The notes beneath the pieces are model-generated. The model ran no database searches. It was not told the origin of the DNA and saw only the letters and a program-made list of their open reading frames with translations. A stretch of 64,000 bases of DNA from positions 1 to 64,000 of IMG/VR virus record IMGVR_UViG_3300046777_002520. The stretch is one strand, 5' to 3'. Shown here in pieces: positions 44,183 through 54,051 of the stretch. The stretch's first letter is position 1, and each line of letters begins with the position of its first letter. Source of the DNA: a virus. Both the position numbers and the translations under genes were made by a program.

Positions 44183-45034
44183 ATGAGTTGCCCCAAAGTT
44201 ATGGCCTGGAGCCCCTCGCCCGGCAGGCCGTTTGATAACGGCCTGTTTTCCCTCAACGAGGGGACGATGCTAACCCTCGACCAAACCGGCACGGTTGAGG
44301 GTTATAGGATCACCCACTCCAAACGGAGTGGGCAGCTATGGACGGAGCGCGTTCTGCGCTGTCCGTCCAGCGCGTGGAAAAGGCCTGGCCGCTTGGGCGG
44401 TCGGGCCGAGGACGGGCGTGGAGCTCGTCTTATCGCCCTCATGGGCGAGGTGGGCAGAGAGGGCGGCGGCCTCTGCCCCGTGCCGATGCCGCAGCTTCTG
44501 GCGAGGGTCACGCCAGAAGCTCACTTTGAGTTAGATGACCCAACGGTCCAGAATTTTATTCTGGACCGAGTCAATTTCGGGGTGCCAGCCCCATCCTCCA
44601 AAGCTCCCATTACGGGAGAAATAGAGGAGATCGTAGCCGATCAGCACGATGTGTTGATCGGTTTCAAGGAAGGGCCAGTGATGACCCTTCCCCCGACAGC
44701 CAGGCTTAAGCCTTGGCTGAAGGTGGGCGTAATCGTCCAGGTAGGCACGGTGGTAGCAGACATGCTACCTAAAGTGCGCTACAACTGGGATCAGCTGATG
44801 GCCTCGTCCCAGGCCGAGCGGCTGGTCGAAGACTACCTGGACGGTTTGATGGCCATGGGCCAGGTTCCTCTGGAGATCATTCCAGAAGACTTCAGGATGT
44901 CCCCCAACCACGGCGGCTACGTCCTAGAGGTTTTGGCCGAGGCCAAAGCCAGCCGCCGTCCCGTCCTGACAGCTGGGTTGGACGCCCACACCCCGTACGG
45001 AGTCTTCAGCTTTGGAGATTCTGTTGCTGTCTAA
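44183..45034 (+). CDS. Hypothetical protein with a sandwich-barrel-hybrid-like motif
   Basis: APITGEIEEI...G....LP..ARL...LKVG..VQVGTVVAD resembles the SBHM of RNAP beta'; GGAGG RBS. Confidence 0.6.
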   Translation: MSCPKVMAWSPSPGRPFDNGLFSLNEGTMLTLDQTGTVEGYRITHSKRSGQLWTERVLRCPSSAWKRPGRLGGRAEDGRGARLIALMGEVGREGGGLCPVPMPQLLARVTPEAHFELDDPTVQNFILDRVNFGVPAPSSKAPITGEIEEIVADQHDVLIGFKEGPVMTLPPTARLKPWLKVGVIVQVGTVVADMLPKVRYNWDQLMASSQAERLVEDYLDGLMAMGQVPLEIIPEDFRMSPNHGGYVLEVLAEAKASRRPVLTAGLDAHTPYGVFSFGDSVAV

Positions 45035-45039
45035 CAGCA

Positions 45040-45080
45040 GACCCGTAGATAGGCTAACGCCTACTCTGCGGGTTTTTTTT
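45040..45080 (+). terminator. Rho-independent terminator
   Basis: GACCCGTAGATAGGC-taac-GCCTAcTCTGCGGGTT followed by a T tract. Confidence 0.8.
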
Positions 45081-45159
45081 AGCTATCAGAGAAACAGAGG
45101 TTTTCATTTACAGTAAACTGGCTATATTACTTCAGTGTATGCCCTAGAAAGGACTAAAG

Positions 45160-45963
45160 ATGAGCGCTGACTTTGAACACGTCTCGTCGCGGACGCAGCC
45201 AACAACTCTTGCAGACAAGAAAATTTACGAGATAGTAGTAGATCCAGACAGGGCTCACTTGGGTGAGTCGTTTGTGATTGATATGCGTAAGATGGGTTCG
45301 TCGTTAGGTCCGAAGGAGAAAGCTGTGGACGACACTCAGAAGGCAGCTGTTGTCGAGAACTTGCTGCGATTCTCAGCTTCTGGTCCGGTTATGGCCAACA
45401 GCCCTAAGAAGGTTGGTCGCGCTATTCCCAACATTCAGGATGTTGACCACAGTCACCCAGCCAACCCTGTTCCCGCTTCGGTTAACCCACCACAGGTCAA
45501 AGTGTTTTTTGACATGCCTGGTCTTGGGTCTATCTCGTTCAAGTACCACAAAGTCTTAACGCTAAGAGACCAGATCATTTTCGTCACAGACAAGAGATTT
45601 GGTGGATCAGCTGAGTTTTATCCTTATTGCAACATGCGATCAGGCGAGCAGAAGAAACCAGTAGGTGTTTACATTGAGGGTGAGAACAACCTGTACCTGC
45701 TCGATCCGTCGATCAAAGGCTTTCCAATCAAGTTTGATTGCGAGCCGTATGAACTTTGTATAGTTCCGATAGCTGGAGCTAAGTCGTTAGATTCAGCTAT
45801 GATGAAGGAACTTGGTATAGTAAACTCAGCTAAAGGGGAAAGTAGCGATGGAGAAGAGAGCGGTAATACAAGAGGGCCTGACGCCTACGAGCCCAGTCCC
45901 TCAGACGGAAAAGCCGACGACACCTATGAAAGCCTCGAAGGTGGCTTCGGTGGCGTGCTCTAA
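45160..45963 (+). CDS. Hypothetical protein
   Basis: AAGGA RBS. Confidence 0.75.
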   Translation: MSADFEHVSSRTQPTTLADKKIYEIVVDPDRAHLGESFVIDMRKMGSSLGPKEKAVDDTQKAAVVENLLRFSASGPVMANSPKKVGRAIPNIQDVDHSHPANPVPASVNPPQVKVFFDMPGLGSISFKYHKVLTLRDQIIFVTDKRFGGSAEFYPYCNMRSGEQKKPVGVYIEGENNLYLLDPSIKGFPIKFDCEPYELCIVPIAGAKSLDSAMMKELGIVNSAKGESSDGEESGNTRGPDAYEPSPSDGKADDTYESLEGGFGGVL

Positions 45964-46037
45964 TCTTGAATCGCATCTAACTAAGACGCTATCTGACGTA
46001 GTGTCGGTGAAACTATTAAACGCCGAGGCTGAGTAGC

Positions 46038-47963
46038 ATGGCTGCTGGCGATTTGTTTGACAGCACTATTGGTAAGAACTGGTCCCTGAACAGGGGTGAG
46101 GAACCGTTTCCTGACCCCTTCATGGATTACGCGTCTACGGTGATGCCTGAAAACATCCGTGACGCACTACGCTTCTGCGAGTTTACTTTCCACACCAACT
46201 CGATGATTCGGGAAGCTGCCCGTAGGGTCGTCTCTTACTTCATCACGGATATCGAGATACAGGGCGTCAACGGCGATAACCTTGGCGACGACGAGCGGCA
46301 GAAGTACTACACGTTTTTGAACGATATTCTAAAAGTTAAGCACATTCTGCACTCAGTAGGTTTGGACTTTCTCTGCTACGGCAACAGTTTTACCAGCCTG
46401 GTTCTTCCTTTCAGGCGCTACCTCTCCTGCCCCAAATGCTTCTTTGATGTGCCTCTGACTGAGGTCATGCGCAACCCTGTCTTTGGCTTTCAGTGGAAGA
46501 TACCGGAGTTCATAGCCAGGTGCCCCAACCCCAACTGCCACTATAGCGGTAAGTGGAACAGGGTTGACCGCAGGCTGACTGACGAGAATCAAGTCACCAT
46601 CAAGCGCTGGTCTCCCTACGAGATGGAGATCCGTTACGACCTTATCACGGACCACAGGGACTACATCTGGCGCATTCCAGAAGATTACAGGCTGCAGATT
46701 CGCAGAGGCGATCCGCAGGTTCTTCCAGCCGTACCTTGGGAAGTGGTGGAGGCCGTAAATTCAAATGGGTATCTGTTATTCGATAAAGATGTTATTTTCC
46801 ATATGCATGAGCCTACGCTTTCAGGTGTGCGTTCACGCGGTTGGGGCATATCTAGGACTCTGGTGAATTTCAGGCAAGCTTGGTATTGCCAAGTATTGCA
46901 CAGATACAATGAAGCTATCGCGCTGGACTATGTCGTTCCGTTCAGGGTGATCCACCCAGCTCCCAGCGCCTCGTCCAATCCAGAAGCTGGCGATCCGTTG
47001 ATGAACCTGGACATGGGCGGTTTTGCCGCCGAGGTTCGCGGAATGCTGCGCAAGCGCCGCCGTGACCCTGCGGCTTGGAACTTCCTGAGTCATCCGATTC
47101 AGTACCAGATGCTGGGTGGTGAGGCCAACCAGCTAGCCCCTACCGAGCTTCTGCAGCAGGGTATCACCACGCTGCTTAACGGCTTTGGTATGCCTGCCGA
47201 GTTGTACAACGGCACGCTCAGCCTTCAAGCTATGTTGCCCGCCATTCGGTTGTTCCAGTCCAGCTGGACCTACCTGACGCACTTCATGAACGATTTCCTG
47301 ACGTTTGTGGTCAAGAGAACAGCTGACGGCATGGGCTGGGAACCGGCTACAGCCAAGCTGCTGCCGCCAACTTTGACCGACGACATGAACAACATCATGG
47401 CCAAGCTGCAGCTGATGCAGGGCCAGCAGATCAGCCAGACCACGGCTCTGCGTGGTATGGGTCTGGACTTCAAGCAGGAAACCCGTCAGCTCATGGACGA
47501 GGAGCGTTTCAAGCAGGAAGAGCAGGCGAAGATTCAGGAGGAGATGGAAACAGCTGCCGTCATGGACCAGCTCGCCGCCCCTCCGCAACCACCGCCTGGG
47601 GCTGCTCCTGGTGGCGCACCCGCTCCAGGAGGTGCTCCCGCACCCGCAGCTGGAGGCGGTGCCACTCCTCCCAACCAGCCTCCAGCCGGTCCCATGGACG
47701 CGGCGGCTCAGATGGCGTCGCTCACGGCTCCGACCTCGCCCAACCAGAAGATCACGCCGCAGGAGTTGCAGGCCAAGGCCGAGGCCATCGCTTCCCAGCT
47801 GCTCGGTATGCCTGAGTCGCAAAGGCAGTCCGAGATGACCAAGTTGAAGAGCCAGGACCCGACTCTGCACGCTGCCGTCAAGCAAACCATCGAGAACATA
47901 CGTCAGCAGGCGCAGACGGCTGGCGGCAACATGGTGTTACAGCAGCAGTATGGCGGTGGCTGA
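46038..47963 (+). CDS. Putative portal protein
   Basis: Size; GLDFLCYGNSF (portal-like D...YGN.F); helical and coiled-coil C-terminus with a Pro/Gly-rich tail. Confidence 0.55.
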   Translation: MAAGDLFDSTIGKNWSLNRGEEPFPDPFMDYASTVMPENIRDALRFCEFTFHTNSMIREAARRVVSYFITDIEIQGVNGDNLGDDERQKYYTFLNDILKVKHILHSVGLDFLCYGNSFTSLVLPFRRYLSCPKCFFDVPLTEVMRNPVFGFQWKIPEFIARCPNPNCHYSGKWNRVDRRLTDENQVTIKRWSPYEMEIRYDLITDHRDYIWRIPEDYRLQIRRGDPQVLPAVPWEVVEAVNSNGYLLFDKDVIFHMHEPTLSGVRSRGWGISRTLVNFRQAWYCQVLHRYNEAIALDYVVPFRVIHPAPSASSNPEAGDPLMNLDMGGFAAEVRGMLRKRRRDPAAWNFLSHPIQYQMLGGEANQLAPTELLQQGITTLLNGFGMPAELYNGTLSLQAMLPAIRLFQSSWTYLTHFMNDFLTFVVKRTADGMGWEPATAKLLPPTLTDDMNNIMAKLQLMQGQQISQTTALRGMGLDFKQETRQLMDEERFKQEEQAKIQEEMETAAVMDQLAAPPQPPPGAAPGGAPAPGGAPAPAAGGGATPPNQPPAGPMDAAAQMASLTAPTSPNQKITPQELQAKAEAIASQLLGMPESQRQSEMTKLKSQDPTLHAAVKQTIENIRQQAQTAGGNMVLQQQYGGG

Positions 47964-48619
47964 TGCCTTCCGTTCCAGGGTTTATAGCCAGCGTTACTGC
48001 CAAGGCTAAAACAAAGCCCTGGCTGGTCATTGGTAAAGGCCCGTCGTTTGCCAAGCTGGCGTCTCTGGACCTCAGCAAGTACCACTCAATCGCGCTGAAC
48101 CACGCTGTGACTAAAGTGCCTGGCGTTGACTACGTGCATGTGGCTGATCTGGATGTGTTCGACAAGATATCGGATTGTTTGATGTCTTGTACGACAAGTT
48201 TGGTATCACCTTATTTTCTGCACGACAAAAATACTCCAGACCCAGCCTTTTCTGTGGATAAGCTTGCAGAGATAGCAACCAAACCCCACCACGACCTATT
48301 CAAGCATCTCGTAAAAACTAAAAGAATCACAGCATATGTATCCAGCCGCTCCAAGCATCTAGGCCGAAAGCCTGAGCTTGGTCGCTCCATATACGTGCGA
48401 TATTTTTCCAGTGTTGCTGTTGTCAATCTTCTGTGCGCTTGCGGTGTTAAAGACATAACTCTGATAGGCATAGACGGTGGCTCTTCTTACGACAGTCAGT
48501 TCTCTGACTTGACAGCTTTGACCAACGGTCGTAAAAGTTTTGATGTGCAGTTTAAAGAGATAGATAAAACTGTTCGTCGTCAGGGTGTCAGATTAACAAG
48601 GATACGTTGTGATGCTTGA
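47963..48619 (+). CDS. DUF115/MAF_flag10/GT42-like nucleotide-sugar transferase
   Basis: VIGKGPS; IALNHA; ITLIGIDG. Confidence 0.7.
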   Translation: MPSVPGFIASVTAKAKTKPWLVIGKGPSFAKLASLDLSKYHSIALNHAVTKVPGVDYVHVADLDVFDKISDCLMSCTTSLVSPYFLHDKNTPDPAFSVDKLAEIATKPHHDLFKHLVKTKRITAYVSSRSKHLGRKPELGRSIYVRYFSSVAVVNLLCACGVKDITLIGIDGGSSYDSQFSDLTALTNGRKSFDVQFKEIDKTVRRQGVRLTRIRCDA

Positions 48620-49370
48620 TACGATTAATTTCTACATAGGTACCGAAGAGAAAACCAAGGTTCCTGAAAAGGTCCTAGCTTACTCTATTCGACGTAGAGC
48701 CACTTGCAATGTAAGCATTACCTCAATGATTGGCGAAGGTTGGACTGTTCCTTCAGGGCTGCACCAGGGCACAGGCTTCAGCCTTCGCAGGTTCATGATC
48801 CCTTCCAAGCAGGACTATCAGGGACTTGGCGTTTACCTCGACGCGGACATGCTCGTGTTCAAGGACGTTGCCGAGCTTCTGTCTTACGGCCGTCAGCTGC
48901 TCAGCTCAGACAGGGAAGCAGCTTGCACCTACCAGCCAGACAAGTTCAGTAAGAAACCGTGGCCGCAGTCTTCTGTGATGCTTATAAACTGCGGTGCCTG
49001 CGCTGACTGGCAGCCTGAGCGCTTATGGACAATGCTGCGCAAAGGCCACGACTACACCAAGTTCATGCATCTCGACTGGTTGAGGCAGCCTCCTTTGCAA
49101 CTGCCAACGCACTGGAACAACCTCAATGTTTACAGCCTGGAGACCAGGCTTCTGCATTACACCAAGGAACCAGAACAGCCTTGGTACAAGCCGAATCACC
49201 CGCTTGCATACCTGTGGGAGAGGGAGCTGAAAGAAGCCTTGGTTGACGGAGCCGTCACAAAGGCAGACCTGGAAGAAGCTCTGGCAAGGTGGGGCAAACC
49301 CACTGGCGACAAGCGCATTTCAAACGGACTGCACCCACATTACAAGAAGTATTTGGAGTTTGCGAAATGA
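48609..49370 (+). CDS. Glycosyltransferase (GT8-like)
   Basis: GTGFSLRRFMIP; VYLDADML; SSVMLINC; WNNL; LLHYT..QPW. Confidence 0.85.
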   Translation: MMLDTINFYIGTEEKTKVPEKVLAYSIRRRATCNVSITSMIGEGWTVPSGLHQGTGFSLRRFMIPSKQDYQGLGVYLDADMLVFKDVAELLSYGRQLLSSDREAACTYQPDKFSKKPWPQSSVMLINCGACADWQPERLWTMLRKGHDYTKFMHLDWLRQPPLQLPTHWNNLNVYSLETRLLHYTKEPEQPWYKPNHPLAYLWERELKEALVDGAVTKADLEEALARWGKPTGDKRISNGLHPHYKKYLEFAK

Positions 49371-50164
49371 GTGTAGCTTGGATCACATCGTTCTCAGACG
49401 ACCTGTACCAGGCTACTGGTAAATCTCTGGTAGAGACTTACGAGAGCACAGACTCCTGTGGCAAACTGTTCGTCGCGGGAGAGAGGCTTTCTGGTTTTAA
49501 GTCGTCCAAGCCTGAAGCCGTCGTAATGCTGCCAGACCCTTCTGACAGTCCTGACCTGCACAGCTTTATCAGTAAAAACAAGGACATAATACACAAGGAG
49601 TTTGGAGGAGCCTGGACCGGACCATGCTCATGCCCCAAGCCTGACGATCCAAAAGACAAGCGACACAAGCCAGGCTGCCCAGGCTCTTGGTTCTGCAAGC
49701 ACGCCATCAGATGGTTTAGGAAGTTCCTGGCTATAAGAAGTTTTATGCAGGCCAGCTATCTCGGCTACACTCATGTTATCTGGCTAGATTCAGACGTCAT
49801 CTTCAAGAAAAAAGTCTCCGACTCTGATGCGGCTAGTTGGTTCAATAAAAACGATGTCTTTTTTCTTAAAGGACCAAAGCGCAAAGTCTGGGAAACAGGC
49901 ATTATCGGATTCACAGCCAAGCGTGGTTTGACGCTGGTGCAAAATACCTACGACTCCCTCCAGAACGGCACATTCAGAAAGCTTCCCCGTTGGGACGACG
50001 GCTACATTCTGCAGGTTACTGGAGAATCGATGCCTAATCTTAAAGCTATAGACTTAGCTACTGACGCTAGCGGTCATGCTGATGTTGTTCCTCATAGCCC
50101 TCTTCATCCCTTTTTTGAGCACAACAAGGGAACGCATGGACGCAAGCTGGGGATTATGAAATGA
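49367..50164 (+). CDS. Nucleotide-diphospho-sugar transferase (GT-A)
   Basis: AIRWFRK; IWLDSDVI; ETGIIGF; WDDGY. Confidence 0.75.
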   Translation: MSVAWITSFSDDLYQATGKSLVETYESTDSCGKLFVAGERLSGFKSSKPEAVVMLPDPSDSPDLHSFISKNKDIIHKEFGGAWTGPCSCPKPDDPKDKRHKPGCPGSWFCKHAIRWFRKFLAIRSFMQASYLGYTHVIWLDSDVIFKKKVSDSDAASWFNKNDVFFLKGPKRKVWETGIIGFTAKRGLTLVQNTYDSLQNGTFRKLPRWDDGYILQVTGESMPNLKAIDLATDASGHADVVPHSPLHPFFEHNKGTHGRKLGIMK

Positions 50165-50376
50165 TAAAAGTTGAATTGACTATCGAATCCGTTGATGACT
50201 TGCAAAAGGTTGTTGATCTTCTATCCAGAGGCATAGACCTAGTACAATCAAGCTACATGGCAGAAGACTGTCAGGCTGACATAGAGCTTATTGAAGACAC
50301 AGGAAGATTGTCTGTCAAACTTTTGTCGGACAGACGGGAGACCTTCAATGCCATCAAAATTAACTGCTGCGGATAG
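50161..50376 (+). CDS. Hypothetical protein
   Basis: ATGA-coupled. Confidence 0.55.
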   Translation: MIKVELTIESVDDLQKVVDLLSRGIDLVQSSYMAEDCQADIELIEDTGRLSVKLLSDRRETFNAIKINCCG

Positions 50377-50560
50377 CGCCTCTTTCTGCACAGCTGTGCA
50401 GCGTTGCGAGTTTAAAGGGTGCAGGAAAAACGGCACTCACCACCTCCGTATAAACGCGTCATTCTCCAGCGAGACGGGAGAAGACTGCCAGGAAGTGGTA
50501 CACAAGTGGTATTGTGACAAACATTTCAATATGCTTGTTCCTTCTCAAGAATCGGTGTGA
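50348..50560 (+). CDS. Small Cys/His protein
   Basis: CEFKGC...WYCDKH. Confidence 0.5.
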   Translation: MPSKLTAADSASFCTAVQRCEFKGCRKNGTHHLRINASFSSETGEDCQEVVHKWYCDKHFNMLVPSQESV

Positions 50561-50561
50561 C

Positions 50562-51179
50562 ATGCAGAATCCAGAAAGCAAAAAACTTCTAGAAAAGCTT
50601 CCTGACTGGAATAGAAAACTTCACCAGGTTAACGCTTTTGGTAACGATACCTTTAAAAGTTACCTTAAATACTTTGACTGGCTTCTAGGCGTAGACAAGG
50701 AAAAAGTAATAACTCTAGACTTCGGGTGCGGCAGCAACGGCGGCATAGCCAATTACGGTTTCAATGCCATACCTTATGATCCCTATGTTGAAGCTTTCGC
50801 GGCTGATCCGTGGAATCAAAATTTCCAGGCTGTGTTCAGCGCTGACGTTCTTGAGCACATGACGGTCAACCAGTGCGTTCAGTTCTTGAGAAAAGTTTCA
50901 AGCAAAGCACCAGACTACGTTTTCCTAGCCATAGCGACAAGGTCGGCAAAAAGGACCCTGGAGAACGGAATCAACGCGCATCTAACAGTAGAGGCAGGAG
51001 ATTGGTGGCTAGGGCTGTGCCAATCTGTGCTGATTGAAAAAATGGACTGTGTGCTGGCTATAGACGACATGCTTTCTGACAGCGTTATTCTTGGCTTTGT
51101 CAGCAAGTCCAAGCGCAAGACACGGCCATTCGATACTGAAAACAGCTTCCTGGGCGGCGTTGAGTCCGATGCGCATTAA
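50562..51179 (+). CDS. Class I SAM-dependent methyltransferase
   Basis: LDFGCGS; FSADVLEHM; AHLTVE...WW. Confidence 0.85.
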   Translation: MQNPESKKLLEKLPDWNRKLHQVNAFGNDTFKSYLKYFDWLLGVDKEKVITLDFGCGSNGGIANYGFNAIPYDPYVEAFAADPWNQNFQAVFSADVLEHMTVNQCVQFLRKVSSKAPDYVFLAIATRSAKRTLENGINAHLTVEAGDWWLGLCQSVLIEKMDCVLAIDDMLSDSVILGFVSKSKRKTRPFDTENSFLGGVESDAH

Positions 51180-51867
51180 CCTTCTTTCTGGAAGGCACAA
51201 AGGCGAAGACATCTACATAGTCGGAACTGGTCCGAGCCTAAGAGTCTTTGATAAAAATTATCTAAGCAACAAAGTCACCATAGGCTTGAACCAGGCGTGG
51301 AAACACCTGCCTACGGTTTACTCCATATCTGTTCATCCAGAGCTGGTCGTCGAATACGAGCAGACCAAAACAAAAAACAAAACCTGCTGGATAGTCAAAC
51401 AGAAGGGTGAGTTCGTAAACAAGTCCTTAGATGACCCCGAGTATTACATATTCAAAACTGTCGATAGGGACTTCTCCATATTCACAAAGCCCAAAGAGGA
51501 CCACCTCTTTATCGGCAGAGGCGTCCAGCAGACCGCCATGAACATGGCTGCTGTAATGGGGGCTAAGAACATAATTTTGGTAGGCGTGGACATGACCGAC
51601 GTGGGTGGCGATCACCACGGCCACGACCAACACGTGAAGTTCCACGGTCTGGCACCTAAAGACGTTTACTCTGAGTACAGGGATTACACAGCGTCTGCCA
51701 GACAGGAGCTGCGCAAACTGGGCATCACCGTAATGACCCTCTCTCCTTTCCTGGGATCATGCGACGCCTCTGAGGATTACCTGCGTATCTGCTCAGAGCT
51801 TAAATTACCCAAACTACCAGCGCCTAAAGATACTAGCACTTACGTACGCAAGTCTGTAGATAGATAA
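51169..51867 (+). CDS. Second DUF115/MAF_flag10-like protein
   Basis: IYIVGTGPSL; TIGLNQAW; MGAKNIILVGVDM. Confidence 0.8.
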   Translation: MRINLLSGRHKGEDIYIVGTGPSLRVFDKNYLSNKVTIGLNQAWKHLPTVYSISVHPELVVEYEQTKTKNKTCWIVKQKGEFVNKSLDDPEYYIFKTVDRDFSIFTKPKEDHLFIGRGVQQTAMNMAAVMGAKNIILVGVDMTDVGGDHHGHDQHVKFHGLAPKDVYSEYRDYTASARQELRKLGITVMTLSPFLGSCDASEDYLRICSELKLPKLPAPKDTSTYVRKSVDR

Positions 51868-51925
51868 AGACTTGCGCGTATAGAGGAGCAGTAGTAAATT
51901 ACTTTATCTTCAATCGGAGGTCGTT

Positions 51926-53104
51926 ATGACTCTTAGGTATCAGCATCTTATTCAAGCCGTTGACGTAGCTTCTGGAAACTCAAAGAAGCATAAGCCTTTT
52001 CGTATTCTCGAAATTGGCGTGTTCGACGCAGCTCACGGAAGGCAGATGATTGAGCGAGCCGCCAGAAACGGCCGCATCTTCGTCGAGTACTACGGCTTCG
52101 ACATGTTCGAGCAGATGACTCCAGAAGTAAACACTGCTGAGATAGGCAAGAAGACTATGGCCAAGTCGCAAGACGAGGTCATGAAGTACCTGAGAGCCAA
52201 GACCAAGGCTCGCATCGTCAAGTTGTTCAAGGGTGACAGCAAGAAGACGCTGCCAGCACAGGTTCCCAGCCTTCCCAAGATGGACATCATCTTCGTGGAC
52301 GGCGGTCACTCGCTGGGCACAGTGCAGTCAGACTTCGAGCACGCGCTCAAGTTGGCTCACAGCAAAACCATCATCCTTCTCGATGATTACTATCCTGGCG
52401 ACTTCACCAAGGGTTGCGCTTTCCTGGTCGAGAATGACCTGAAGTCCAGGGGCAATCTCAAGGTTGAAGTTCTGGAGCCTGCGGACAGCTACGCCGAAAG
52501 CGGTCTTTCTGTCCAGTTTGTCAAAGTGTCGCTCTCAGAGAATCCAGTCGAGCCTGAGCCCGTGCCTGAGGTTGTCGTTCCTCAGTCCACGCCTGCTCCA
52601 GAGCTGCCTCCTGAGCCTGTTGTAGAGACAACGCCAGCGCCTCAGCCTGTGGAGGTGCCAGCCGAGCCGCAAAACTTTCGTGCCGAAGATAGCCATAGTG
52701 ATACCCACGTACAACCACCTGGGGTATGCGCTGAAGGCTGTGGAGACAGCGCTTGCGAATACACCGGACAGCCTTGTGATGGTGGTAGACGATGCCAGCC
52801 CCGAGTGGAGGGAGGAGATCTGGCAGAAGTTTCCATCGAACAGGCTGATCCTGCACCGGTTCCCGAAGAACGACAGGAACCTGACCAGAAGCTGGAACTG
52901 GGGGTTGTCGAAAGCCCGACAGCTGAACATACCGATAACGGTGGCGACGAACAGCGACGTGATGTTCCCACAGGGTTGGAGCAGACCGCTGACGAAGGCT
53001 CTGCTAGAGGGTCGCGCCGATCTCGTCGGTCCCGCAACAAACGCTCCAGGTCACAAACCGAGACAACAGATAGCCAGGATAATGAAGGGTTACAAGATAA
53101 CTGA
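51926..53104 (+). CDS. Class I SAM methyltransferase (Methyltransf_24-like) with a long Pro/Glu-rich tail
   Basis: ILEIGVF; YYGFDMF; FKGDS; FVDGGHS; LLDDY; GGAGG RBS. Confidence 0.85.
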   Translation: MTLRYQHLIQAVDVASGNSKKHKPFRILEIGVFDAAHGRQMIERAARNGRIFVEYYGFDMFEQMTPEVNTAEIGKKTMAKSQDEVMKYLRAKTKARIVKLFKGDSKKTLPAQVPSLPKMDIIFVDGGHSLGTVQSDFEHALKLAHSKTIILLDDYYPGDFTKGCAFLVENDLKSRGNLKVEVLEPADSYAESGLSVQFVKVSLSENPVEPEPVPEVVVPQSTPAPELPPEPVVETTPAPQPVEVPAEPQNFRAEDSHSDTHVQPPGVCAEGCGDSACEYTGQPCDGGRRCQPRVEGGDLAEVSIEQADPAPVPEERQEPDQKLELGVVESPTAEHTDNGGDEQRRDVPTGLEQTADEGSARGSRRSRRSRNKRSRSQTETTDSQDNEGLQDN

Positions 53105-53420
53105 TGACCTCGGTTACCTGGATTCTGTTCAGAAGTTTGTAGAGAGTAAGCACGGGCAGGAGCTTTGGTTCACTACGGTGAACGGCTTCTGCCTGGCCGC
53201 TAAAACCGACACATGGTTTAGCGGCGCTTACAACTCTGAGTGTGTCTTTAATCCAAAGCACAAAATGACAAAAAACGAAGATGAGCTGCAGGGCAGATGG
53301 TTGAAGATGGGTAGGACCATCGCCATCTGTCCTTCGTCTTTCGTATGGCACTACAGAAGTGTCACAAGAAACCCGAACGGTAAAGACAGAGGCTCTTACC
53401 GACTCAAGAAGGATAAGTGA
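52680..53420 (+). CDS. GT2 glycosyltransferase
   Basis: IAIVIPTYN; VVDDAS; NSDV; GPATN; VWHYRS; GTG start. Confidence 0.88.
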   Translation: MPKIAIVIPTYNHLGYALKAVETALANTPDSLVMVVDDASPEWREEIWQKFPSNRLILHRFPKNDRNLTRSWNWGLSKARQLNIPITVATNSDVMFPQGWSRPLTKALLEGRADLVGPATNAPGHKPRQQIARIMKGYKITDDLGYLDSVQKFVESKHGQELWFTTVNGFCLAAKTDTWFSGAYNSECVFNPKHKMTKNEDELQGRWLKMGRTIAICPSSFVWHYRSVTRNPNGKDRGSYRLKKDK

Positions 53421-54040
53421 TGCGTTATTGGAAGCTTAAAAGCCTTGCTAACAATCACAAAGTTGGAATGGTAGTAGCGACATACAATCAGACAGATTGT
53501 TTGCAGGCTTTGTTGTGTTCTCTAAAAACGCAGACTTGGAAAAACTTCCTCATCCTCGTATCCCATGACGGACCAGCCAGCAATGAAGTCAGGCAGGCTT
53601 TCAAGGCTGTAGTCGGTTCAGACGCTAGGTTTATTTTCCAGGAAACGCCATCGCGTCAAAACAAGTTTGGACATGAAAGGCGTTACACAGGCTTTCAGTT
53701 TCTTATAGACAACGGCTGCGACATGCTGTGTACGACCAACGGCGACTGCTGGTACACACCAAACTACTTTGAAAGCATGTTATATCAAATGCAGAAAGAC
53801 AACACAGAATTTGTTTACTGCAATATGGTACACAGCCATAAATTATGGCAGCCTATGAAAACAGAAATGCGTCGTGGTAAAATTGACGTTGGTTGTTGGA
53901 TGGCTTCAAAAGCACTCATCAGTGCGGTACAGTGGACTGACTTTACTTTTGCTGGCGATTGGAGTTTCATTCACAAGTTACATAAGACGGCAGAAGGGAG
54001 GCACGCTAAGGTAGACAGTTACCTTTATGTGCATAACTGA
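53417..54040 (+). CDS. GT2-like glycosyltransferase
   Basis: VVATYNQ; VSHDGP; TNGDCWY; IDVG; GDWSF. Confidence 0.82.
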   Translation: MMRYWKLKSLANNHKVGMVVATYNQTDCLQALLCSLKTQTWKNFLILVSHDGPASNEVRQAFKAVVGSDARFIFQETPSRQNKFGHERRYTGFQFLIDNGCDMLCTTNGDCWYTPNYFESMLYQMQKDNTEFVYCNMVHSHKLWQPMKTEMRRGKIDVGCWMASKALISAVQWTDFTFAGDWSFIHKLHKTAEGRHAKVDSYLYVHN

Positions 54041-54051
54041 CGAGGTGCCCC

